DNA from: a virus
Taxonomy: Duplodnaviria > Caudoviricetes
Direction: 5' to 3' (one strand)
IMG/VR virus record: IMGVR_UViG_2595698649_000001
Span: 64,001-128,000 of that record
DNA: 64,000 nt
Shown piece by piece: positions 10,222-18,842 of this stretch. The notes below the pieces were generated by a model that was not told where the DNA came from, made no database searches, and saw only the letters and a program-made list of their open reading frames with translations. Each line of letters begins with the position of its first letter. The first letter of the stretch is position 1. Made by a program: the position numbers and the translations under genes.

Positions 10222-11484
10222 ATGTTTAATTCGCAAAACTTACAAGAGAAATGGTCTCCAGTTCTTAATCATGCGGACTTGCCAAAAATTGACAATCCGT
10301 ACAAAAGAGCTGTGACATCAGTAATCTTGGAAAACCAAGAAAAAGCGGCGAAAGAAGACAAAGCATTCTTAGGTGAAATTGCAAACGTAACAGGTAGCGC
10401 AGTTGCTAACTGGGACCCTATTCTAATTTCACTTGTAAGAAGAGCAATGCCTAATCTTATTGCCTACGACATCTGTGGTGTACAACCAATGACTGGTCCA
10501 ACTGGTCTTATCTTCGCTATGAAGAGCAGATTTACTTCTAACTCAGGAACTGAAGCTTTATTTAATGAAGCGGATTCAGATTTCTCTGGTACTGGAACAC
10601 ATTCAGCATCATTGAATCCTGGTTTAATGAACGACACAACAACATCCGTTACTGCTGGTACTGGTATTGCAACAGCGACTGCTGAAGCTTCATCATCATT
10701 TGCAGAAATGGCGTTCTCAATTGAGAAATCAACTGTAACAGCTAAGACTAGACAGTTAAAAGCTGAGTACACAATGGAACTTGCACAAGACCTTAAAGCA
10801 ATTCACGGCTTAGACGCTGAAACTGAATTAGCTAACATTCTTTCTGCTGAGATCCTTGCTGAAATCAATAGAGAAGTTGTGAGAACAATTTACGAAAAAG
10901 CTAAAAAAGGTGCTAACACTAATACAACTACATCTGGTACTTTTGATTTAGATACGGACTCTAACGGTAGATGGTCTGTTGAAAAATTCAAAGGACTAAT
11001 GTTCCAAGTTGAAAGAGACGCTAACGTAATTGCACAAGAAACAAGAAGAGGAAAAGGAAATATCCTTATTTGTTCTTCTGATGTTGCTTCTGCTTTACAA
11101 ATGGCGGGTATCTTAGATTACGCTCCTGCGTTAAACAACAGTTTAAATGTTGATGACACAGGTAATACTTTTGCTGGTACTCTAAACGGTAGATACAAAG
11201 TGTACATTGACCCTTATGCGTCAAACAACACAGCGGCACAATACTACACAGTAGGTTATAAAGGTACTTCACCTTATGACGCTGGTATGTTCTATTGTCC
11301 GTATGTACCTCTACAAATGGTTAGAGCAGTTGGTGAAGATACTTTCCAACCAAAAATTGGTTTCAAAACAAGATACGGTCTTGTAAGAAACCCATTTGCG
11401 GAAAGTTCAGCACAAACTTCTGACACAGGTACTGACCAATCAAACATTTACTACAGAATGGTTAAAGTTTCTAACCTAATGTAA
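10222..11484 (+). CDS. gp23: Major capsid protein
   Basis: LQEKWSPVL, GVQPMTGPTGLIFAM, ELAQDLKAIHGLDAE and FQPKIGFKTRYG motifs. Confidence 0.98.
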   Translation: MFNSQNLQEKWSPVLNHADLPKIDNPYKRAVTSVILENQEKAAKEDKAFLGEIANVTGSAVANWDPILISLVRRAMPNLIAYDICGVQPMTGPTGLIFAMKSRFTSNSGTEALFNEADSDFSGTGTHSASLNPGLMNDTTTSVTAGTGIATATAEASSSFAEMAFSIEKSTVTAKTRQLKAEYTMELAQDLKAIHGLDAETELANILSAEILAEINREVVRTIYEKAKKGANTNTTTSGTFDLDTDSNGRWSVEKFKGLMFQVERDANVIAQETRRGKGNILICSSDVASALQMAGILDYAPALNNSLNVDDTGNTFAGTLNGRYKVYIDPYASNNTAAQYYTVGYKGTSPYDAGMFYCPYVPLQMVRAVGEDTFQPKIGFKTRYGLVRNPFAESSAQTSDTGTDQSNIYYRMVKVSNLM

Positions 11485-11510
11485 TAGACAGTTTGACTGT
11501 AAATTATTAA

Positions 11511-11543
11511 AGAGAGGGGAATTAATTTTCCCCTCTTTTTTTT
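11511..11543 (+). terminator. Rho-independent terminator after gp23
   Basis: AGAGGGGAA/TTCCCCTCT stem followed by a T-run. Confidence 0.9.
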
Positions 11544-11558
11544 GGAATAAATAAACAT

Positions 11559-11816
11559 ATGAAAATACTCGTACAATATTTCTGGATAACAATCATATCG
11601 CTTATCATATTAGCGTTTGCAATGATGATACCTACATCTAAGGATCCTTTGCCTTTAGAAGAAAAAATGGATGAGATAAGAGAAAAAGAAAAAGTATTAA
11701 CAGATACAGAAAAAGAATTAAAGAAATTATCAGACGATAAAGCGTGGGAAGAAGTAGATGATACAACAACTATCATAGTACCACTACCTAAACCAGAAAT
11801 AGGCATTAGGGGTTAG
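11559..11816 (+). CDS. Hypothetical membrane-anchored coiled-coil protein
   Basis: N-terminal hydrophobic helix then charged coiled coil; ATAAATA upstream. Confidence 0.6.
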   Translation: MKILVQYFWITIISLIILAFAMMIPTSKDPLPLEEKMDEIREKEKVLTDTEKELKKLSDDKAWEEVDDTTTIIVPLPKPEIGIRG

Positions 11817-11829
11817 ACTAAATAGTAAT

Positions 11830-12432
11830 ATGACAGATAGTACAATAACTACTAAACAACCAAGTGGTACAGGTTTAGATTACGCTGATCCTACTAAGTT
11901 TAAATTTCAGATGGTAAAATTACCACTTGTAGAGTTTAACACAGTAGCAGCTCAAATACCAGATGTATCATTGTCAGAATTAAATCAACCTACTCGTTTA
12001 CAACAACTGAAAATACCAGGTAATGATATGACGTTTAGTGATTTAACAATTACTTTCTTAGTTGATGAAGAATTACAAAACTATAGAAAAGTACATGAGT
12101 GGATGGCAGCTTTAGCACAAGTTGATGGTGATGAGAAATTTCAAGCACTATTAGCAGAAGGACAAGATAGAATGCCAAACTCTCAAACAAGAGGTATACA
12201 AAGTGAACCAGGTAAATCTGGTTTAGCAACACCTGATGGTGCAATATACTCAGACGCAAAACTAGTACACTTAACAAATAGAAACATACCTAAAGTAGAG
12301 ATATCATTTAGAGATTGTTATCCTAAAGCTTTAAGTGCAATAGAATATAATCAAAACAATACAGATGTTGAATATATTACGGCACAGGTAACATTTGGTT
12401 ATAAGTACCACGAGTATTCTACACCATTTTAA
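11830..12432 (+). CDS. gp3: Tail completion/tube terminator protein (gp3-like)
   Basis: Tube-fold motifs IPGNDMTFSDLTITFLVDEELQNY and FRDCYPKALS. Confidence 0.8.
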   Translation: MTDSTITTKQPSGTGLDYADPTKFKFQMVKLPLVEFNTVAAQIPDVSLSELNQPTRLQQLKIPGNDMTFSDLTITFLVDEELQNYRKVHEWMAALAQVDGDEKFQALLAEGQDRMPNSQTRGIQSEPGKSGLATPDGAIYSDAKLVHLTNRNIPKVEISFRDCYPKALSAIEYNQNNTDVEYITAQVTFGYKYHEYSTPF

Positions 12433-12440
12433 TTAAAAAT

Positions 12441-12469
12441 TTGCCAAATTGGCATAAATGTGATATAAT
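12441..12469 (+). promoter_or_regulatory. Sigma70-type early promoter
   Basis: TTGCCA-N17-TATAAT with TG extension; ATG 7 nt downstream suggests a leaderless mRNA. Confidence 0.75.
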
Positions 12470-12475
12470 GTAAGT

Positions 12476-12958
12476 ATGAAAATTATTGATAACTTTATAA
12501 ACGACCAAGACATAGTAAATGATATTCAATCAACTTTACTAGGTAATAACTTTCCTTATTTCTATAATAACTATGTGGCAGAACCAACTGACCAATCTGA
12601 TTACTATTTTAATCATGTGTTATTTCACCAGAATGAAGTAAGAAGTGAACATTACAATAAAATACTATCACCTATTTTAGGTAGATTAGATTTTAATTAT
12701 CTTATTCGTGCAAAGATAAACTGTTATACAAGAAAAGAAAAACATATAGAAGCAGGTATGCATGTTGACATGAATGAAAAACATTTTGTGGCATTATATT
12801 CTGTAAATACAAATAACGGATATACAATGTTTGAAGATGGCACAAAAGTAAAATCAGTTGCCAATCAAATGATTATCTTTGATGGTCGTATGAAGCATTG
12901 TAGTGCCAATCAAACAGATGAAAATTTACGCATAAATATCAATATAAACTTAGAATGA
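12476..12958 (+). CDS. 2OG-Fe(II) oxygenase-like protein
   Basis: HVD...H...RINININ double-stranded beta-helix signature. Confidence 0.75.
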   Translation: MKIIDNFINDQDIVNDIQSTLLGNNFPYFYNNYVAEPTDQSDYYFNHVLFHQNEVRSEHYNKILSPILGRLDFNYLIRAKINCYTRKEKHIEAGMHVDMNEKHFVALYSVNTNNGYTMFEDGTKVKSVANQMIIFDGRMKHCSANQTDENLRINININLE

Positions 12959-13062
12959 ACTTTATAAATGAATTAAGATTTAAACTAGAAGTATTGTGGA
13001 TTGACCACCCACATAAAATTATGTTTAGTTTAGGTTTTATAATTGGAGCAATTTTACTATGA
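12955..13062 (+). CDS. Small membrane peptide (35 aa, not in ORF track)
   Basis: MNFINELRFKLEVLWIDHPHKIMFSLGFIIGAILL; overlaps both neighbours by ATGA coupling. Confidence 0.55.
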   Translation: MNFINELRFKLEVLWIDHPHKIMFSLGFIIGAILL

Positions 13063-13487
13063 ACTTAGAAGAACTACAAGCACAAGCAGAAAAAGATTTA
13101 AAGATTGATGATACTGAACTAGATAGAGAAAGTTTAGCAACACCAATCTTACATGCTAAATATCTTAAACACTTTTCCACATACTCACTTATGTTAACAA
13201 AAGCGAAAAGTGAATACTCACAACTATACAAAACCAAATGGTTGTTTTACTTAGGTAAAGCAGACCCAGAAGCATATAAAGATAATAACTTTGAATTAAA
13301 GGTATTACGACAAGATGTGGGTACATTTATTGACGCTGATGAAGAAATTATTAAACAGAAACAAAAGGTAGATTACTTAAATGTAGTAAACAGTTACCTA
13401 GAGAATATACTTAAACAAATATCTAATCGTGGTTTTCAGATAAAGAACGCAATAGATTGGAAAAGATTTACGGAAGGCGGAATATAA
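13059..13487 (+). CDS. uvsY: Recombination mediator UvsY
   Basis: DLKIDDTELDRESL...HAKYL...RGFQIKNAIDWKRF. Confidence 0.9.
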   Translation: MNLEELQAQAEKDLKIDDTELDRESLATPILHAKYLKHFSTYSLMLTKAKSEYSQLYKTKWLFYLGKADPEAYKDNNFELKVLRQDVGTFIDADEEIIKQKQKVDYLNVVNSYLENILKQISNRGFQIKNAIDWKRFTEGGI

Positions 13488-13488
13488 T

Positions 13489-14319
13489 ATGATTTTTTGC
13501 ATTGGTAATGGCGAAAGTCGTAAAGACTTTGATTTAGAAACATTAAGACCACATGGTAAGATATATGGTGCTAACGGACTGTATAGAGATTTTACACCTG
13601 ATGTATTACTCGCAATGGATTATAATATATGCCATGAAATATATCGTAGTGGTTATGCATTTGATAACATCACATATCTAAGACAATGGTCAAAGAACCC
13701 AGCAAATGTATATGAAAAGTTGTTTATAAAAGAAACAGTTGATAAGTTTATAGGTAAAGATATTGCAGAACCTAAATTAACTCATTTAGATGAACACGAA
13801 TGGGAAGGCGAAAAGAAGAAGTTTTTTGTTTGTTGGGCAAACAATAGAGACTTAATGGCAAAATTAAGAGAAGAAAGAATTAAGAACGGTTGGAATGAAG
13901 ATGATTTAAAACTATATCTATCTAAAGACCAAGAAGGTTATCTAATTACATGGACAAAGAAAAAAGATAAAGTACAAGGTCTTGGTAAGTATTACTATGA
14001 AAAGACTAATGCAGGTACTTTGATTGCTTTGATGGCGTCTGACAAAGATAGTAAGATATATCTAATAGGTTATGATTACTATAGTGAGACTGAAAAAGTT
14101 AATAACATATACAAAGGTACAAAAGGTTATGTGGGCAAGAGTGCAAGTGCAATCAAACCTAAAAACTGGTTAGACCATACTGAAAAATTATGTAAGAAAT
14201 ATCCTCAACATGAATATGTACATGTAGGTAAACCTATTGATAAATTCAAAGACATACCAAACATGACTAATATCTCATATGCAGAATTAAATGAGCGAAT
14301 TAAAAATAACAAAGTTTAA
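13489..14319 (+). CDS. Hypothetical Rossmann-like transferase (DUF115/Maf/sialyltransferase-like N-terminus)
   Basis: CIGNGESR...IYGANGLYRDFTPDVLLAMD and IYLIGYD motifs. Confidence 0.5.
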   Translation: MIFCIGNGESRKDFDLETLRPHGKIYGANGLYRDFTPDVLLAMDYNICHEIYRSGYAFDNITYLRQWSKNPANVYEKLFIKETVDKFIGKDIAEPKLTHLDEHEWEGEKKKFFVCWANNRDLMAKLREERIKNGWNEDDLKLYLSKDQEGYLITWTKKKDKVQGLGKYYYEKTNAGTLIALMASDKDSKIYLIGYDYYSETEKVNNIYKGTKGYVGKSASAIKPKNWLDHTEKLCKKYPQHEYVHVGKPIDKFKDIPNMTNISYAELNERIKNNKV

Positions 14320-15754
14320 CGAATCCTATATTAAGTGTACAAGTGATGATTTAGGACTGTTACAGTCTTTATCTGACTTTTTTACATTTCAAGTACCAGG
14401 TGCCAGTTTCATGCCGTCTGTAAGAGCAAGACGTTGGGACGGAAAAATAAGAATGTTTAGTAAAGCAACTGGTAAAATTTACTATGGGTTACTACCGTAT
14501 ATAAACGAATTTTGTCGCCGGAACGCACATACAATCACACACGAAGCACCAGAAACCATTGGTGTGAACCATCCTACCAATCTTTTTTCCAAGTATATTG
14601 ATGGTTTATCTATACCTAACATCAAACCAAGAGAATATCAAATAGGAGCGGTGCAACATGCAATCAATAATAAGCGTGCTGTATTAGTATCGCCAACTGC
14701 TAGTGGTAAGTCTCTAATCATCTATTGTATTATACGAATGATAAGAGAAAGTGATGGAAAGATATTATTAGTAGTACCAACTACATCACTAGTAGAACAA
14801 ATGTATAAAGACTTTATAGATTATGGATTTGACGCTGAGAAACATGTACAAAGAAAGTATTATGGTTATGAGATAGATGAAAATAAGAAGATAGTTGTAT
14901 CTACATGGCAATCTCTGGCAACATTTGATAAGAAATACTTTGAACAGTTTGATTGTGTGATAGGAGATGAAGCACACTTATATAAATCAAAAGAATTACA
15001 AAAGATTATGGCAGCTTGCATTAATGCCAAGTTTAGAATAGGTACAACTGGTACGCTAGATGATAGTAAAGTACACAAGTTAGTATTAGAAGGTCTCTTT
15101 GGACCTGTTCACTATGTTACAACTACAAAAGAATTAATAGATAAAAAACAATTAGCAGATTTAAAAATAGAATGTATTGTCTTAAAATATCCAAAAGAAG
15201 AATGTATGCAAATAAAAAATGCTAAGTTCCAAGACGAGATTGACTATATAGTAACACACGAAAGAAGAAATAAGTTTTTAACTAATCTGGCAATTGACCA
15301 AAAAGGTAATACTCTAGTTCTATTTCAGTATGTAGAAAAACATGGAAAACCTTTACATGAACAAATAAAGGCAAAAGCAAAAGACCGTAAAGTATTTTTT
15401 GTTTACGGCGGAACAGAAACAAATGATAGAGAAAGAATTAGAGCAATCACAGAAAAGTTGGACAACACGATTATTGTCGCTTCTTACGGGACGTATAGCA
15501 CTGGTATCAATATTCGTAACTTACACAACATTATTTTTAGTAGCCCTACTAAATCACCTATAAGAGTTTTACAATCTATAGGTCGTGGTTTAAGATTAGG
15601 TGGTAATAAAGATACTGCTAAAGTGTACGATATATCTGACGATTTTACTTACAAAGAGAAGAAGAACTTTACAATCCAGCACTTTTTGGAAAGGATAAAT
15701 ATTTACAATGAACAACAGTTTGATTATGATATACACACGGTGGACTTGATATGA
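14291..15754 (+). CDS. uvsW: DNA helicase UvsW
   Basis: WDGKIR, SPTASGKS, DEAH, GTTGT and QSIGRGLR SF2 motifs. Confidence 0.95.
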   Translation: MSELKITKFNESYIKCTSDDLGLLQSLSDFFTFQVPGASFMPSVRARRWDGKIRMFSKATGKIYYGLLPYINEFCRRNAHTITHEAPETIGVNHPTNLFSKYIDGLSIPNIKPREYQIGAVQHAINNKRAVLVSPTASGKSLIIYCIIRMIRESDGKILLVVPTTSLVEQMYKDFIDYGFDAEKHVQRKYYGYEIDENKKIVVSTWQSLATFDKKYFEQFDCVIGDEAHLYKSKELQKIMAACINAKFRIGTTGTLDDSKVHKLVLEGLFGPVHYVTTTKELIDKKQLADLKIECIVLKYPKEECMQIKNAKFQDEIDYIVTHERRNKFLTNLAIDQKGNTLVLFQYVEKHGKPLHEQIKAKAKDRKVFFVYGGTETNDRERIRAITEKLDNTIIVASYGTYSTGINIRNLHNIIFSSPTKSPIRVLQSIGRGLRLGGNKDTAKVYDISDDFTYKEKKNFTIQHFLERINIYNEQQFDYDIHTVDLI

Positions 15755-16224
15755 GAACTCCAAAGAAAGGAAGTAAAGTGACTACTGACCCTAAAGAGAC
15801 TATTAAGAAGATACCAACACCTAGAATGGTAAAGTTAAATTCAGGTGAGCAACTTGTTGCCATAGTAATGGTACAAGACAAATCAGATTTCATAAGATTA
15901 GAAGAACCTTACATTATACAATTACACCCATATGACTTATTGGGAGATTATATGATGGAAGAAAAGATGACAATTAAACCTTGGTTATTCAAGGCAAAAG
16001 ATAAAGTGATATCTATACATAAAAGTAATATTTTATGTTTTGCAGTTCCTACAGATGATATTGCTGAGTATTATATGAATATTCGTACTGGAAAATTAAG
16101 ACAATCTGCTGAAGAAGTAAAAAAACACAGAGCCACTGCTTTTGGTAAATTGTTAGACCAATTAGGTGATGTTGAATATGACGAGACACAAGACTACTTA
16201 ATGGGTAAGAAGACAGTACACTAA
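15751..16224 (+). CDS. Conserved hypothetical protein (Sm-like beta fold suggested)
   Basis: VKLNSGEQLVA motif; lies between uvsW and gp55. Confidence 0.5.
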   Translation: MRTPKKGSKVTTDPKETIKKIPTPRMVKLNSGEQLVAIVMVQDKSDFIRLEEPYIIQLHPYDLLGDYMMEEKMTIKPWLFKAKDKVISIHKSNILCFAVPTDDIAEYYMNIRTGKLRQSAEEVKKHRATAFGKLLDQLGDVEYDETQDYLMGKKTVH

Positions 16225-16266
16225 GGTAACTCTAAGGTAATCTATCTCTGAAGGAGGCACATGCCT

Positions 16267-16295
16267 ATTATATACCATTTTGTCCAAATTGTCAA
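16267..16295 (-). promoter_or_regulatory. Perfect-consensus sigma70 promoter on the minus strand
   Basis: Reverse complement reads TTGACA-N17-TATAAT; no minus-strand gene downstream. Confidence 0.7.
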
Positions 16296-16352
16296 GCGCT
16301 CAAACCAAAAAAAATGAAAATAATTTATTACCACAAAATCTAGTATAACAGC

Positions 16353-16381
16353 TTGACTTTTTTACTAGATTGTGATATAAT
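16353..16381 (+). promoter_or_regulatory. Sigma70-type promoter for gp55
   Basis: TTGACT-N17-TATAAT with TG extension. Confidence 0.8.
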
Positions 16382-16409
16382 ATGGTAATATTTTAAAAAG
16401 GAATATAAT

Positions 16410-16967
16410 ATGAAAACTACACAACCAATCAAGGTTCCTAAAAAGAAAGAGCATTATGTCTCTAATAAAGAATTTTTAGTTGCCATGAAAGAGTACAAGG
16501 CAAAGTGTATAGAGGCAGAAAAGAAAAAGAAACCTAGACCACCAATAACTGATTACATTGGTGAATGTTTTTTAAAGATTGCTAATCACCTATCATATAG
16601 ACCAAACTTTATTAATTACACATATAAAGAAGATATGATATCTGATGGTATAGAAAACTGTTTACAGTATGTTTCTAACTTTGATCCAACAAAATCAAAT
16701 AATCCATTTGCTTACTTTACACAAATAATATACTACGCATTTATAAGAAGAATACAAAAAGAAAAGAAACAAACAATCATCAAACAGAAACTAATAATGA
16801 AGTCTGGTTTAGATGAGTTAGTTTCACAAGAAACAGATAACCAGGACTATCAAAACGCATATGCTGACTTTTTAAGGAAGAATATGGTAGAGATTGCTCC
16901 AGATAAACCCAAAGAAAAGAAACCAAGGAAGAAAAAAGTATCTAAGTTAGAATACTTTATGCAATGA
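16410..16967 (+). CDS. gp55: Late-transcription sigma factor
   Basis: HYVSNKEF, IGECFLKIA, PNFINYTY..DMISDGIENC and NPFAYFTQI motifs. Confidence 0.96.
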   Translation: MKTTQPIKVPKKKEHYVSNKEFLVAMKEYKAKCIEAEKKKKPRPPITDYIGECFLKIANHLSYRPNFINYTYKEDMISDGIENCLQYVSNFDPTKSNNPFAYFTQIIYYAFIRRIQKEKKQTIIKQKLIMKSGLDELVSQETDNQDYQNAYADFLRKNMVEIAPDKPKEKKPRKKKVSKLEYFMQ

Positions 16968-17092
16968 GATTATTGATTATACTATCAATATTGTTTTTAA
17001 CTGCTTGTTCAAGTAACAAAGAGATTAAAGAACATAGATGGATTGTATCTATTGGTAAACAAATTGTAGCACCAGGTTTTGGATTTAAATAA
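16964..17092 (+). CDS. Small lipoprotein (42 aa, not in ORF track)
   Basis: MRLLIILSILFLTAC-SSNK: signal peptide with LTAC lipobox; coupled to gp55 and gp47. Confidence 0.7.
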   Translation: MRLLIILSILFLTACSSNKEIKEHRWIVSIGKQIVAPGFGFK

Positions 17093-18136
17093 ATGAAAAT
17101 AGCATTAGTAAACGATACACACTTTGGCTGTCGTAATGATAACCCTAATTACCATGAATACATGTATAAGTTTTGGCAAGAACAATTCTTTCCATACTTA
17201 GAACAAAACGATATTAAAACAATTATTCATTTAGGTGATATATTAGATAGACGTAAGTATGTAAATTTTAAAACACTTACAGATTTTAATAATAAGATAG
17301 TAAGTCAATTTAAGAAATATGATACACACTTTATAGTAGGTAACCATGACACTTATTATAAGAACACAAATGAAGTAAACGCACCTAAAGAATTATTAAG
17401 TGAGTTTAAAGTTTATTCAGACCCACAAAAGATTACAATTGCAGGACATGATATATTAATTATACCATGGGTAACTCCTGAAAATTATGATAGAACTAAA
17501 ATGATGTTAGAACAAGAAACAGCAGACATTGTTATGGGTCATTTAGAGATTAAAGGTTTTGAAATGCATACTGGACATCATTCAGATGTAGGTGTAGAAA
17601 AAGAAATGTTTAAAAGATTTGAAACAGTATTATCTGGTCACTTTCATAAGAAGTCAGATGATGGTCATATATTCTACCTTGGTTGTCAATATGAAATGAC
17701 TTGGTCAGATTACAAATGTCCTAAACACTTTCACATTTACGATACAGAAACAAGAGAACTTAAAGCAATACGAAACCCTTTAACAATACATCATAAAATA
17801 TATTACAATGATGAAACAACAGATTATAAGAACTTTGATTTTAACGAATGTAATAACAAATACATTAAACTTATAGTAGAAAAGAAATCAGACTACTTTA
17901 TGTTTGATAAGTTTGTTGATGATATTTACCAAAAGTCTAATGTATATGATTTAAAGATTATAGAAGATTACTCAGACTTAGACGCTTCAACAGTAAATGA
18001 TGATATAGTTGAAAAGACGGAAGATACACCAACCTTACTTGACACCTATATAGAACAAACAGATACGAATTTAAATAAAGATAGATTAAAAACATTAATG
18101 AAAAGTTTATATACAGAGGCATTTGATTATGAATAA
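17093..18136 (+). CDS. gp47: Recombination endonuclease subunit (Mre11/SbcD-like)
   Basis: DTHFG, HLGD, GNHD and SGHFH phosphoesterase motifs. Confidence 0.95.
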   Translation: MKIALVNDTHFGCRNDNPNYHEYMYKFWQEQFFPYLEQNDIKTIIHLGDILDRRKYVNFKTLTDFNNKIVSQFKKYDTHFIVGNHDTYYKNTNEVNAPKELLSEFKVYSDPQKITIAGHDILIIPWVTPENYDRTKMMLEQETADIVMGHLEIKGFEMHTGHHSDVGVEKEMFKRFETVLSGHFHKKSDDGHIFYLGCQYEMTWSDYKCPKHFHIYDTETRELKAIRNPLTIHHKIYYNDETTDYKNFDFNECNNKYIKLIVEKKSDYFMFDKFVDDIYQKSNVYDLKIIEDYSDLDASTVNDDIVEKTEDTPTLLDTYIEQTDTNLNKDRLKTLMKSLYTEAFDYE

Positions 18137-18842
18137 TTATGACCACAAATATTTAAATATAACTTATCCTTTTGGTCCTTACATTTATCATTGTGAACTG
18201 GATCCAAAGTTTATACAAGAACTAATTGAACAAGGTGATAAAACAACAGATAGTTACCAACAAGAAGATGGCACAATTACAAATCAAATACTTGAAGGTG
18301 CTCTTGCAGGTCAATTAGATACAGGAAACGAAAGACAATTTAATCCTAATCAACAAAGATGGTTTAATAAAAATCTTAAAGAAGTCTTTTATCATTATGT
18401 ACAAAGTAGATTTAACTTTCATAGAATAGAATATAAACCAGATTATGTATTAGAAAATGTATGGATTAATTATCAACACGCCAATGAATATCAACCTGAC
18501 CATATACACTCAGGTGATTTTAGTTGGGTTATATATTGTAAAATACCAGAGGGTTTAGAAGAAGAAAGAAAAAATTATACGAAGAAAGGTCCTGCACCAG
18601 GTAGTATTGTATTTGGATATGGCGAAGCAGCAAGCAATCCAGAAACAAGTTATCCTTGGAATAATACCACGCATAGTGTTATACCAAAAGAAGGACACAT
18701 GATTATATTCCCGGCACAAATGAGACACTTTGTACCACCATTTAAAAGTGAAGGTACAAGAATATCAGTAAGTGGTAACGGAGTATTGTATATGCCAGAC
18801 CAAAAATTATATCACATGGGAGAAAAGCGTTACGAAATATGA
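18129..18842 (+). CDS. 2OG-Fe(II) oxygenase-like protein
   Basis: WINYQ..EYQPDHIH, IFPAQMRHFVPP and RISVSGN motifs. Confidence 0.8.
   Translation: MNNYDHKYLNITYPFGPYIYHCELDPKFIQELIEQGDKTTDSYQQEDGTITNQILEGALAGQLDTGNERQFNPNQQRWFNKNLKEVFYHYVQSRFNFHRIEYKPDYVLENVWINYQHANEYQPDHIHSGDFSWVIYCKIPEGLEEERKNYTKKGPAPGSIVFGYGEAASNPETSYPWNNTTHSVIPKEGHMIIFPAQMRHFVPPFKSEGTRISVSGNGVLYMPDQKLYHMGEKRYEI

Noticed and set aside
16221-16240. Direct repeat CTAAGGTAA x2
   Set aside because: Too short; likely a local duplication at a stop codon.
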